57,253 nt of DNA from positions 1 through 57,253 of the forward strand of contig JAIFND010000079.1 in the NCBI GenBank assembly GCA_020047915.1. The letters run 5' to 3'. A program made the position numbers and the translations under genes. The stretch is from a bacterium (GTDB lineage Bacteria > Planctomycetota > UBA11346). Below the pieces are notes generated by a model. The model had not been told where the DNA came from. It saw only the letters and a list, made by a program, of their open reading frames with translations, and did no database searches. How positions within the stretch are numbered: the stretch's first letter is position 1; each line of letters begins with the position of its first letter. Shown one piece after another: positions 10,339 to 19,231 of this stretch.

Positions 10339-11256
10339 TCACGCCTGCTGATCGGCAAGCAGGCGCACGCCGCGCGTCCGCCATGGCTCGACCGCACGCG
10401 GCGGCAGCTCGGGCCGAGTGCCGACGAAGCGGCGATGCTGCCAGAAGTACTGCCCCGGAGCGGCCAGCACCATCGCGCCGAGCAGGTCCATGACGTGCTG
10501 CGTGTCGCGCACCCGGTCGCCGGTGGTGAGGTACGGCCGGCCGACGAATAACTGGCTGACCCCGGCGCGACGGCGCACCGCGAAGCCGGGGATGATCGGC
10601 ACGCCGGCCTTGTGCGCGAAGAAGGCTGGGCCGTCGAAGCCGAGGGTCGGCTGGCCGAGGTACCACACCGGGCTGCCCTCCCACGGCCGCTGGTCGGCCA
10701 TGATGCCGAGAGCCGCTCGGCGGCGCAGGGCGCGCAGCGCCTGGACCCCGGTCGAGCGATCGGCCGAACCGACCATCAGCACCTTCACGCCAAAGCGCCA
10801 GCGCTGGGCGTTGAGCAGTTCGTCCATCGCCGGATTGTGCTGTGCCTTGGCATAGACGATGACCTCGGGGATGTGCCGGGTCATGCCATGACCCGCCATG
10901 TCCCAGTCGCCGTGGTGGCTGGACAGGAAGACGGCTGACGGATGGCGGCGCACCTGCAGGTCGATCCAGCGCGGATTGAGCACCACGGCATGCCGTTCCG
11001 GCCCATCAGGCCCGCCCGCTGTCCACACCTGCACGAACTGCGCTCCCATGCTGGCGTAGGAGCGGCGCACCACCCGCGCTCGCGCCGGCCCACGCAGGCC
11101 GAGGCAGTCGGTCACCTGCCGGCTGGCCAGGCGACGCCGGACCCCGATCCGCCAGGCGAGAATCCCCAGCGTGCCGCCGAGGCGACAGGCGGTATCGGCA
11201 GCCAGCCGGTTAAGCAGGCGGAGGAGGAATATCTGGAGCCACGCCACGGGCGGCAT
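10339..11256 (-). CDS. Lipid A biosynthesis acyltransferase (LpxL/HtrB family)
   Basis: SSHHGDWD (HxxxxD), YAKAQHNP, GIMADQ, PGQYFWQHRRF. Confidence 0.85.
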   Translation of the reverse strand: MPPVAWLQIFLLRLLNRLAADTACRLGGTLGILAWRIGVRRRLASRQVTDCLGLRGPARARVVRRSYASMGAQFVQVWTAGGPDGPERHAVVLNPRWIDLQVRRHPSAVFLSSHHGDWDMAGHGMTRHIPEVIVYAKAQHNPAMDELLNAQRWRFGVKVLMVGSADRSTGVQALRALRRRAALGIMADQRPWEGSPVWYLGQPTLGFDGPAFFAHKAGVPIIPGFAVRRRAGVSQLFVGRPYLTTGDRVRDTQHVMDLLGAMVLAAPGQYFWQHRRFVGTRPELPPRAVEPWRTRGVRLLADQQA

Positions 11257-11290
11257 CGGATCGGTCGAGCGCGCGAAGGGAAGGGGGGCC

Positions 11291-11425
11291 TGTGGGAAGG
11301 CGGAAGATTTGCCACATCGCGTTGACTGGCAGACCGTCGTAGGACCGACCCGTTTTCGAATTCACGACTGGTCCGGCAGTCCTATACTGCATTTCTTCCG
11401 CCTTCCGCCTTCTCGCCTTCCACAA
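11291..11425. repeat. Heptamer (AAGGCGG/CCTTCCG) inverted-repeat hairpin element
   Basis: Left arm TGTGGGAAGGCGGAAGA, right arm TCTTCCGCCTTCCGCCTTCTCGCCTTCCACA. The spacer has an additional inner stem, GACTG..AGACC.GTCGT / ACGACTGGTCCGGCAGTC. Confidence 0.75.
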
Positions 11426-11567
11426 GTCCCCATTCCGCATCGCCCATCACAGCCGGCGGGTGTATGACAAGGCCTTCCACCTCTGCCACCCGCCCCCTTG
11501 GCCGCCCACCGCCCCCGGTCTAGCCTGCGGGTCCGCGCACCCGCAGTGCGCCACGGAGACCGTCGCC

Positions 11568-12596
11568 ATGGGCATGATCGACGCCAAGCAGGCCAAAGAC
11601 ACCCTCGGGTGCGATGACGCCACGCTGCAGCAGCACGTCAACAGCGGTGCGATCAAGGCCCAGCGCCAGGGCGGCAAGCTCCTGGTCGATGAGGACGACG
11701 TCCAGCGCCTGGCCAACAAAGAGGACGAGGAAGGCACCATCGTCCTGACCGGCGAAAGCGACAACCTGCAGATCGACCTTGGCAAGGTGGTCGATGACAG
11801 CTCTGAGACCATCGTGCAGGCCAAGGCCCAGCCCAAGGACTCGCAGCAGATCACCTTCGGCGAAGAGCTCGAAGTGGTCAGCCTCGAGGACTCGCGCACC
11901 CAGGACCTGGCGCAGACCAAGCCGACCACCGCCGCCCAGGGCCTGTCGTTCACCGACAGCAACACTGCGGTGATGACCTCGGTCGAGGATACCCAGGTCG
12001 GCGGCACCACCGCCCCGATCGAGACCGGGCCGCAGCAGGCCGGCCCCGGCGGCATGCTGCCGACCGGCGAAAGCGGCCGCCGTAGCGTGCGCTCCAGCCG
12101 TCGCGTCATGGAGACCGAGGTTGAAGTGCCGTGGTACTGGATGGCCTGTGCCGCCCTCGCCTTCGCCATCGGCATCTTCTTCATCGCTCCGTACTACGTG
12201 GTCAGCACGACCGCCCGTCAGGGTGAGAAGGATTCCGGCGGCTACGCCCTGCGTGGCGCCGATGACAACTTGTGGACCGGCATGGCCAGCGGCATCGCCG
12301 GCTTCCATGTCGAGCCGGACAAGAAGAAGTGGGAGAAGGCTGGCAACACCGGCGAATACCGCGACATCCGCCTCAAGGACCCACAGGCCCAGTGGCGCGT
12401 GTCGGGCTACCTCGGCGACCTCAGCGGCCCCGGCGAGCGCATGCAGTCCTTCCTGGTCGCTTCGGTCAATCCCGAAGGCACCAAGGCGACCAGCAAGCTT
12501 GGCAACAAGGAATACGCCCTGGTCGAGAAGACCGTGAAGTCCGAACAGGGCCCCGAGATCAAGGTCCTCGAAGCCCAGGTCTGGGCTGAGAAGTAA
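11568..12596 (+). CDS. Membrane-anchored protein with N-terminal excisionase-like HTH (HTH_17-like) and acidic linker
   Basis: IDAKQAKDTLGCDDATLQQHVNSGAIKAQRQGGKLLVDEDDVQRL, D/E-rich linker, TM WYWMACAALAFAIGIFFIAPYY. GGAG RBS before ATG 11568. Confidence 0.7.
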   Translation: MGMIDAKQAKDTLGCDDATLQQHVNSGAIKAQRQGGKLLVDEDDVQRLANKEDEEGTIVLTGESDNLQIDLGKVVDDSSETIVQAKAQPKDSQQITFGEELEVVSLEDSRTQDLAQTKPTTAAQGLSFTDSNTAVMTSVEDTQVGGTTAPIETGPQQAGPGGMLPTGESGRRSVRSSRRVMETEVEVPWYWMACAALAFAIGIFFIAPYYVVSTTARQGEKDSGGYALRGADDNLWTGMASGIAGFHVEPDKKKWEKAGNTGEYRDIRLKDPQAQWRVSGYLGDLSGPGERMQSFLVASVNPEGTKATSKLGNKEYALVEKTVKSEQGPEIKVLEAQVWAEK

Positions 12597-12618
12597 GGGG
12601 CTCGCCTGGGGCGAGCCC

Positions 12619-12701
12619 AGCTTGGAGCTTAGAGCCCGAAACCCTGTGCGGGGCGTGTGTTTGAGTGCGGGCTCAAAGCTCTAAGCTTTAAGCTCAAAGC
12701 T
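12619..12701. repeat. AGCTnnn heptamer inverted-repeat element, preceded by GGGCTCGCC-TGG-GGCGAGCCC hairpin (12598-12618)
   Basis: AGCTTGGAGCTTAGAGCCCG ... CGGGCTCAAAGCTCTAAGCTTTAAGCTCAAAGCT. Confidence 0.7.
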
Positions 12702-12772
12702 TACCAAAGCGCCCCCTTGCCGGGGCCCCGTATCCCGGCTAGCCTGCCTTCCCTACCCCTCGCGGAGTCCCC

Positions 12773-13417
12773 ATGCCCCCTGTCCGCACCCTGGCCATCA
12801 TCCCCCTCGCGCTCGTGGTCGCCCTCGGCGCCGCCGGCTGCAAGCCGCGTGGCCAGAAGGCCGCCGCCGCCGAGCAGGATGGCGGCCGCAACTCGGTCGC
12901 CCTGCAGGCCGAGAACGACGAACTGCGCAGCCAACTCGCCCAGGCCCGCGAGGAACTGGACAAGAACCAGGGCGGTACGGTCGGTGACAACGCCGCCGCT
13001 ATCGGCGTCGATGGCCTCGGCGAGGGCTGGAGCAGCGCCGGCGGCGGCAAGGTCGCCCTGGGCGAGGACTTCGCCTTCGAGAAGGGCTCGGCCAGCCTGA
13101 ACAAGGAAGGCAAGAAGGCGATCGAGAAGCTCGCCCTGCGCCTCAACGACGGCGACCTGGCCAACCACGTCGTGGTCGTCGAAGGCCACACCGACGACGC
13201 GCCGGTCAGCCGCCCGCGCACCATCGAGCTCTACACCGACAACTGGGGTCTGTCCGCCGCCCGTTCCGCCTCGGTGGTGCGCGCCCTGCAGGCCGCCGGC
13301 GTCAAGTCCGAGCGTCTGCGCGGTGCCTTCCGCGGCCAGTACGCCCCGGCCGTGACTGGCGGCAAGAAGGATGACCGCGGCGCCAACCGCCGCGTCGAGA
13401 TCTACCTGGCGAAGTAG
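12773..13417 (+). CDS. OmpA/MotB-family peptidoglycan-binding lipoprotein
   Basis: Lipobox-like LGAAGC, coiled coil, FEKGSASL, VEGHTD, NWGLSAARSASV, NRRVEI. Confidence 0.9.
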   Translation: MPPVRTLAIIPLALVVALGAAGCKPRGQKAAAAEQDGGRNSVALQAENDELRSQLAQAREELDKNQGGTVGDNAAAIGVDGLGEGWSSAGGGKVALGEDFAFEKGSASLNKEGKKAIEKLALRLNDGDLANHVVVVEGHTDDAPVSRPRTIELYTDNWGLSAARSASVVRALQAAGVKSERLRGAFRGQYAPAVTGGKKDDRGANRRVEIYLAK

Positions 13418-13450
13418 CTCTGAGCTTCGAGCTGAGAGCTGAGAGCTCGA
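13416..13450. repeat. Five tandem AGCTnnn heptamers
   Basis: AGCTCTG AGCTTCG AGCTGAG AGCTGAG AGCTCGA, overlapping the stop codon. Confidence 0.7.
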
Positions 13451-13458
13451 ATATCGGA

Positions 13459-13491
13459 CACGCCGCGGCCATGCCGCGGCGTGCTTTTTTT
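13459..13491 (+). terminator. Rho-independent terminator
   Basis: 11-bp stem CACGCCGCGGC-CAT-GCCGCGGCGTG followed by C and T7. Confidence 0.85.
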
Positions 13492-13513
13492 CCACTCACG
13501 ATAGGTTCCGCCC

Positions 13514-14740
13514 ATGCCTCGCTGTCTGATCCTGCTGCTGCTCGTCTGCGCCCTCTGCGGCGCCGAGGCCGCAGCCTCGTCAGGCACCGTGGTCGATCGG
13601 CCGGTACGTTTCGTCAACGACCGCATCGTGACGATCGGCGACATCCGCACGCGCAACGGCATGCGCATCGAAATGTGGCGCCGGGCGGCCCGCGTGCTGC
13701 CCGACAGCCGCGAAGGCCTGCTGCGCTTCAACCGCGAGACGCTCGAAGAGTTGACCGACGAGGAACTGCTGGTGCAGAAGGCCGAGGAACTGCAGGTCGC
13801 CATCGACCGCGACCGGCTGTCCTCGGATGTCATCGCTGAGGCACGCGAGCGCGGCCTCGCTCTGCGCGAGATCGCGGTGTTGCGTCGCATCCGCGACCGC
13901 GAAGCCAAGGTCGATGCGGTGCTCGGCTGGTTCGAGAGCCGGGCCGCCAGCATCTCGCCCAGCGAACTGCAGCACACCTACGACCGGCGCAAGGCCGACT
14001 TCGCCCGTCCGCCGCGCGCCCGCACCCTGCTGATCGCCCTGCGCCCGACCGGCGATGACGAGCGGCGGGAACTGGTCAAGGCGATGGCCGGCCTGATGCG
14101 CGCGGCCCAGACCGACAAGGATCCCGCCCTGGCCGCTGCCGCCGCCGGGCGCCTGGACGCTTTCCTCGCCGCCGATATGGCTGGCCAGGAGGGCATCCTG
14201 GCCGAGGTCGCCAGTGCCCTCGCCGCCCAGGCCGGACGCGAAGGGCTCGGCAAGGAATCGGCCAGCCTGGCCGCCCGGGCTGGTGAGCTGGCCACCCGTT
14301 GGAGCGGCGTCCGCAGCCGCGCCACCTGTGAAACGCTGCTCGACCAGTTGCGCGCCGAACTGCTGCAACTGCCCGCCGAACAGCGCGCTGCGGCCTTCGC
14401 CCAGCGTGCCCAGGCGATCAGCCAGGGACCGCACGCCGCCGATGGCGGCATGCTCGGCTGGGTCGAACCCAAGACCTACGGTGCCGAGATCGAAGAACAG
14501 GCCCTGGCCATGCCGCTGAACGAGCCCTCGGCCCCGTTCAGCAGCGGCGGAGCCCTGGCGATCGTCCTGGTGAGCGAACGCGAGGAAGGCCGCACGCAGA
14601 GCTTCAGCGAGGTCAGCGCCGCCCTGCAGGCCGCCCTCGATCGCGAACGGAGGGCCGAGGTGCGCCATCGCGTGACCACCGTGCTGCGTTCGCAGTCGTC
14701 GATCCGCGACGTGGTCGATTTGGACTCCCTGCTGCGTTGA
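13514..14740 (+). CDS. SurA/PrsA-like periplasmic chaperone, parvulin PPIase
   Basis: Signal peptide, VDRPVRFVNDRIVT (SurA N), FAQRAQAISQGPHAADGGMLGWV (rotamase). Confidence 0.85.
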   Translation: MPRCLILLLLVCALCGAEAAASSGTVVDRPVRFVNDRIVTIGDIRTRNGMRIEMWRRAARVLPDSREGLLRFNRETLEELTDEELLVQKAEELQVAIDRDRLSSDVIAEARERGLALREIAVLRRIRDREAKVDAVLGWFESRAASISPSELQHTYDRRKADFARPPRARTLLIALRPTGDDERRELVKAMAGLMRAAQTDKDPALAAAAAGRLDAFLAADMAGQEGILAEVASALAAQAGREGLGKESASLAARAGELATRWSGVRSRATCETLLDQLRAELLQLPAEQRAAAFAQRAQAISQGPHAADGGMLGWVEPKTYGAEIEEQALAMPLNEPSAPFSSGGALAIVLVSEREEGRTQSFSEVSAALQAALDRERRAEVRHRVTTVLRSQSSIRDVVDLDSLLR

Positions 14741-15342
14741 GTCCTGACATGGATGAGCAGGTAAGGTCGCAGCCTCCTCCGGCGTCTCCCTCCCCGATGC
14801 ACGCCGTCGCCGCGCCCGTGATGCTGGTCCCCGAGGCCACCGATCTGCTCGCCCGCGAAGAGGGCGGGGTGCGTCGGGTCCTGGGCTACTACGTGCGCGA
14901 CCACGCGGCGGTCGATGACCTGTGGCAGGAGGTGTCGCTGCGCGTGCTGCGCCGGTTGCACACCCTCGAACAGCCTGGGGCGGCACGCGGCTGGCTCTAC
15001 CAGATCGCGCGCAACGCCGCAATGGACTGGCTGCGCCGCTGCGACCGCGCCGTGGTCCGCGCGACCGGCGAGCTGCCCGAACCTACCGCCACCGGCCAGG
15101 ATGGCCGCACCCCGATCGACGATGTGCTGAGTGCCGAACGCATCAGCGCCGTGCGCCGGGCCCTGGCCGAACTGCCGCCGAGCCAGCGCGAAGCGATCCG
15201 CCTGCGCATCGAGGAGGGTCTCGACCACGTGCAGATCGCCGAGCGCCTGGGCATCAACCGCCAGGCCGTCGAGGTGCGCCTGTGCAAAGGTCGGGCCGCG
15301 CTGCGTGAACGCCTGGCCGACATCTTCGAGGGCGACTTATGA
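14737..15342 (+). CDS. ECF RNA polymerase sigma factor
   Basis: DDLWQEVSLRV, WLYQIARNAAMDWLRR, LPPSQREAIRLR, IAERLGI. Start uncertain (14737, 14749 or later). Confidence 0.9.
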   Translation: MSPDMDEQVRSQPPPASPSPMHAVAAPVMLVPEATDLLAREEGGVRRVLGYYVRDHAAVDDLWQEVSLRVLRRLHTLEQPGAARGWLYQIARNAAMDWLRRCDRAVVRATGELPEPTATGQDGRTPIDDVLSAERISAVRRALAELPPSQREAIRLRIEEGLDHVQIAERLGINRQAVEVRLCKGRAALRERLADIFEGDL

Positions 15343-15839
15343 GTGAGGCCATGACCTGCGCCGAGGCCGAGCCTCTGCTGCCGCTGGTCGCCGACGGCGC
15401 TCTCGATCCGGACAGCGATCCGCAACTCTTCGCCCATCTTGCCACGTGTGCTGACTGCCAGCGCATCGTGGCCACGCATGACCTGATCGGTCTGGCCCTG
15501 CGTGCACCTGCGCCGCCCGCACGCCGGCCTTCGGTGATCCTCCGCTTCTGGCCCGCGCTGCCGGTGGCGGCTGCGGCGGCCCTGGCCTTCGCCTTGTGGC
15601 CCACCACGCCCGTCGTCGTGGCGCCACAGACTCCGACCATCGTGCACGCCCCGGCAGTCGCACCGCCGGTCGTTGTCACGCCGGTTGCGCCCCCGCGTGT
15701 CATCGCGCTGGCCCAGGCGGACGGCACCCAGATATACCTGGTGCAGTCGGGCGAGCACTGGACCGTGGTCAATCCCGCCGACCTCGATTCCGGCGCACAA
15801 AAACCGCAGACCGCCAACGGCGTGCAGGTCCGCTACTGA
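15339..15839 (+). CDS. zf-HC2 (ZAS) anti-sigma factor
   Basis: HLATCADC zinc motif, single TM, ATGA overlap with the sigma factor. Confidence 0.85.
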   Translation: MSEAMTCAEAEPLLPLVADGALDPDSDPQLFAHLATCADCQRIVATHDLIGLALRAPAPPARRPSVILRFWPALPVAAAAALAFALWPTTPVVVAPQTPTIVHAPAVAPPVVVTPVAPPRVIALAQADGTQIYLVQSGEHWTVVNPADLDSGAQKPQTANGVQVRY

Positions 15840-15860
15840 CTTCGAGACTCGCACAAGAAT

Positions 15861-15987
15861 CCACAGGGAGGACCAGAGCCACCAGAGGTCAAGCCAAGGC
15901 TTTGCTTCTTCTTTCGCGCCCGGCCAACGAGAGCGATGCACCCTGCAACCCCATTCCCTCTCTGATCCCTCTGGTCCTCTGTGTGAA
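15861..15987. repeat. TIR-less relative of the MITE core (9-bp-period CAGAG/CTCTG hairpin)
   Basis: CCACAGGGAGGACCAGAGCCACCAGAGGTCAAGCCAAGG matches the MITE left interior. Right arm CTCTGATCCCTCTGGTCCTCTGTGTGAA. Confidence 0.75.
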
Positions 15988-15996
15988 ATACTTGAA

Positions 15997-16145
15997 CCTA
16001 AACGCAGCATTTCACACAGAGAACCAGAGCCACCAGAGGTCAAGACAAGGATTTGCGCAATTTCTCGGGTTCACCCGGACGGTGCATGTCCATTTCCCCT
16101 CTGGTCACTCTGGTGCTCTGTGTGACCCCTATCGCCGGGTTTAGG
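15997..16145. mobile_element. MITE copy 2 (149 bp)
   Basis: CCTAAAC...GTTTAGG flanked by TTGAA direct repeat (15992-15996, 16146-16150). Confidence 0.85.
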
Positions 16146-16166
16146 TTGAATGAAGCCTGACCGCGA

Positions 16167-18905
16167 TCAGCCGGTGGTGCGCAATCCGCCGGCGATGGCG
16201 TTGACCGTCATCAGCAGCGAAGCCAGCAGGCCGTCGGCCGCCGCCTGGTCGCCGCTGCGGCGCAGGTCGCGCCAGCGCCGCATCAGCGCAATCTGATGCG
16301 CATGCAGCGCACGTAGGCCGGCATCGCGCAGCTGCAGCGTGCGCGCCAGGCGCGGCCGGCGCTCGGCGAGCGGCGCCCCGAACAGCCGGTCGAGCATGCG
16401 CACGGTGCGCGCGTGCTCGTCGAGGATGCGCGCCAGGAAGGACTCGCGGATCTCGCGGTCGGAGACCAGCGCGGCGTAGTCGCGCATCAGGTCGGGGGCG
16501 GTCGAGGCGAGGTTGCTCTCGATGTTCGACAGCGCGTAGGTCAGGAAGCGCCAACCGCGTACGCCCTCGCGCAGGCGCGCGAAACCGGCGGCATCGGTCT
16601 GTTCAAGCTGTTCCAGCGCGGTGCCCAGGCCATACCAGCCTGGCAGGTAGTGGCGCGACTGGTTCCAGCCGAAGACCCACGGGATGGCACGCAGATCGGC
16701 CAGCGTGCGCTTGCCGCTGCGCCGCGACGGACGGCTGCCGATCGCGGCATGCTCCAGTACGTCGATCGGCGTCGCCTCGACGAAATAGGTGAGGAAGCCG
16801 TCGGTGTTCAGCAGGCGCTCGTAGGCATCCCGGCTGCCCTCGGCCAGGCGATCGACCAGCGGATGCAGATCGGCCCATGGATCGGCGGCCGGCCGGGCAT
16901 GGCGCGCAGTCGCTGCAACCGTGCCGGCGACGAGCAGCTCGAGGTGATAGGTCGCGGTCAGCAGGTTGGCGAACTTCTGCGCGATCACCTCGCCCTGTTC
17001 GGTGATGCGGATGTCGCCCGACAACGAACCGTGCGGCAGCGCTTCGAGGAAGCGGTGGGTGGGGCCGGCGCCGCGCGACACCGTGCCGCCCCGGCCATGG
17101 AAGAAGCGGATCGGTATGCCGGCCTCGGCGCCGACGCGCGCCAGCAAGTCCTGGGCGCGGTGCAGATTCCACTGGCTGGCGAGGATGCCGCCGTCCTTGC
17201 ACGAGTCGCTGTAGCCAAGCATCACCTGCTGCGGTGCCGTGCCCTGGATCGCCAGGCTGCGCCGGGTGACCGGGTGGGCGAGGAAGGCGCGCAGGATCTC
17301 GCCCGAGCCGCGCAGGTCGCCGATCGTCTCGAACAGCGGCACCACCGGCAGCTCGCAGGCCAGACCGGCGCCGTGGCCGGTGTCGGCGACCCAACGCACC
17401 AGGCCGGCTTCGCGCGCGAGCACATAGACCGCCAGCAGATCGGAGAGCGACCGCGTCATCGACACGATCAGGGCGCCGAGGCCGTCTCGGCCATGCACCG
17501 CCCGGTGGGCGGCCAGCGTGCGATGTGCGCCGATCACCCGCGCCGCGTCCTCGCCCAAGGCGGCATCGGCGTGCAGCAGCGGCCGCGCGGTGCGCAGTTC
17601 GGAGTCGAGCAGCGCCAGGCGCTCCTTCTCGCTCCAGCTGGCCCAGCCGGCCGCCTCGATGCCGGCGGCGCACAGCAGTTGCGCCAGCGCGGCATCGTGC
17701 ATCGCGCTGTTCTGGCGCACGTCGAGGGCGGCGAGATGGAAGCCGAGGCACTCGACGGTGCGCTCGACCGGGGCCAGTTCCAGGCGCACCAGGCGCCGCG
17801 CCCCGACCTCGTCGAGGGCGCCGCGCAGCACCGCCAGGTCGGCGAGCAGTTCGTTCGGCGAACGGTACATCCCGGGCAGCGCATCGTCGCCGCCATCGGG
17901 CAGGCGCGCCAGGCACAGCGAGCACCATTGCCGCCACGGTTCCAGCGGATTGCGCTTCAGCGCCGCGGCACCGGCCTCGCCGAGCAGTTCGGCGCGGGCG
18001 CTGATCGCGCTGGCGAAGGCGATGGGCGGGGCCTGCAGGCGGGCCGACAGCGACAGGCGTTCGGCGAGGTGGCGCAGGGCCGAGCGGTGCACGCCCAGCG
18101 CGGCCCGGCGCAGCTCGTTCAGCGTGGTGGCGGTGACGTGCGGAGTCACTCCAGGGTGGCCATCGCGGTCGCCGCCGACCCACGAGCCGAAGCGCACGCG
18201 TGGCAGCCGGCCCTGGCCATCAAGGGCGGCCTCGTCCCAGCCCAGGTCGCGCCAGGCGGTGCGCAGGCGCTGGTCGGTGCGCACCACAGCCTCGGGGAAG
18301 ACATCGCGCAGGTGGTGCAGGACGTTGCGTCGCTCGGAAGCGACGTCGGGCTTGACCAGGCGGATCTCGCCGGTGCGCCACAGGCGCTCGACCAGCGCGG
18401 TGACCTCTTCACGGATGTGTTCTTGCTCGGCCGGGGTCCACATGGTGTTCTCGCGCCGCACCAGCGCGAGATACAGCTCGCGCTGCGCCGCGATCACGGT
18501 GCTGCGTTTGGCCTCGGTGGGATGCGCGGTCAGCACCGGCTCGACGCGCACCGCCGGCAGCAGTTTGGCGATATCCTGCTGGGTGAAACCGCTGCGCTGC
18601 AGGCCAGCCAGGGCGGCGCCCCATTGGCCGGGCTCGGCGCTGACGCCGTCGTCGCTCTCGCGTTTGCGTCGCGCCTGGTTGGCGGCGTTCTCCTCGACCA
18701 TGTTGAGCAGCTGGAAGGCGAGCGAGAGCATCTGCACCTCGCGCTCCTCGAGGGTCTGCGGCAGGGCGCTGGCACCGTGCCACGGCAGTCGCCCGGCGAG
18801 TTCGCGGTGGCCGAGACCGGCCAGCACATCGTGGAAGCAGGCCATGACGAACGCGAGATCGCGTTCCAGCTTGGCGAAGGCGAAATCGACGATCGGTGCG
18901 GCCAT
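16167..18905 (-). CDS. ppc: Phosphoenolpyruvate carboxylase
   Basis: VLTAHPTE, SWVGGDRDG, VVPLFET, QVMLGYSDSCKDGG, FHGRGGTVSRG, LRAIPWVF, C-terminal GLRTTG. Confidence 0.97.
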   Translation of the reverse strand: MAAPIVDFAFAKLERDLAFVMACFHDVLAGLGHRELAGRLPWHGASALPQTLEEREVQMLSLAFQLLNMVEENAANQARRKRESDDGVSAEPGQWGAALAGLQRSGFTQQDIAKLLPAVRVEPVLTAHPTEAKRSTVIAAQRELYLALVRRENTMWTPAEQEHIREEVTALVERLWRTGEIRLVKPDVASERRNVLHHLRDVFPEAVVRTDQRLRTAWRDLGWDEAALDGQGRLPRVRFGSWVGGDRDGHPGVTPHVTATTLNELRRAALGVHRSALRHLAERLSLSARLQAPPIAFASAISARAELLGEAGAAALKRNPLEPWRQWCSLCLARLPDGGDDALPGMYRSPNELLADLAVLRGALDEVGARRLVRLELAPVERTVECLGFHLAALDVRQNSAMHDAALAQLLCAAGIEAAGWASWSEKERLALLDSELRTARPLLHADAALGEDAARVIGAHRTLAAHRAVHGRDGLGALIVSMTRSLSDLLAVYVLAREAGLVRWVADTGHGAGLACELPVVPLFETIGDLRGSGEILRAFLAHPVTRRSLAIQGTAPQQVMLGYSDSCKDGGILASQWNLHRAQDLLARVGAEAGIPIRFFHGRGGTVSRGAGPTHRFLEALPHGSLSGDIRITEQGEVIAQKFANLLTATYHLELLVAGTVAATARHARPAADPWADLHPLVDRLAEGSRDAYERLLNTDGFLTYFVEATPIDVLEHAAIGSRPSRRSGKRTLADLRAIPWVFGWNQSRHYLPGWYGLGTALEQLEQTDAAGFARLREGVRGWRFLTYALSNIESNLASTAPDLMRDYAALVSDREIRESFLARILDEHARTVRMLDRLFGAPLAERRPRLARTLQLRDAGLRALHAHQIALMRRWRDLRRSGDQAAADGLLASLLMTVNAIAGGLRTTG

Positions 18906-18973
18906 GGACGGCGGCTTAACCCGGCGCCGCCGCGCGGCAAGGCGGGCGGGGCAAACCCCGGACGGGGGGAATC

Positions 18974-19122
18974 GTTCGGCGTTCGGCGTTCGGCGTTCGG
19001 CGTTCGGCGTTCGGCGTTCGGCGTTCGGCGTTCGGCGTTCGGCGTTTTCGGCGTTCGGCGTTCGGCGTTCGGCGTTCGGCGTTCGGCGTTCGGCGTTCGG
19101 CGTTCGGCGTTCGACGTGCGGC
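18974..19122. repeat. Tandem heptamer array (GTTCGGC) x ~21
   Basis: 10 perfect units, one unit with a TT insertion, 8 perfect units, 2 degenerate units. Short inverted arm GAACGCCGAAC at 19210-19220. Confidence 0.95.
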
Positions 19123-19231
19123 GTTGGGGACAGGTGAGATATATCGACGGTTTCACATCACCCGCCTGCTGAGTCGCCAAAAACCGTCTATCCCACGCAG
19201 GCCCCTGCGGAACGCCGAACCAATCGCACAG

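Noticed and set aside
10118-10351. Small ORFs containing LNAAFHTENQS (also 54238-54429 and near 16000)
   Set aside because: These are translations of the MITE, with differing starts and frames among copies.
18974-19122. CRISPR array or coding repeat (RRSAFGV / NAERRTP ORFs)
   Set aside because: Contiguous 7-mers with no spacers and no cas genes; the translations are artefacts of the repeat.
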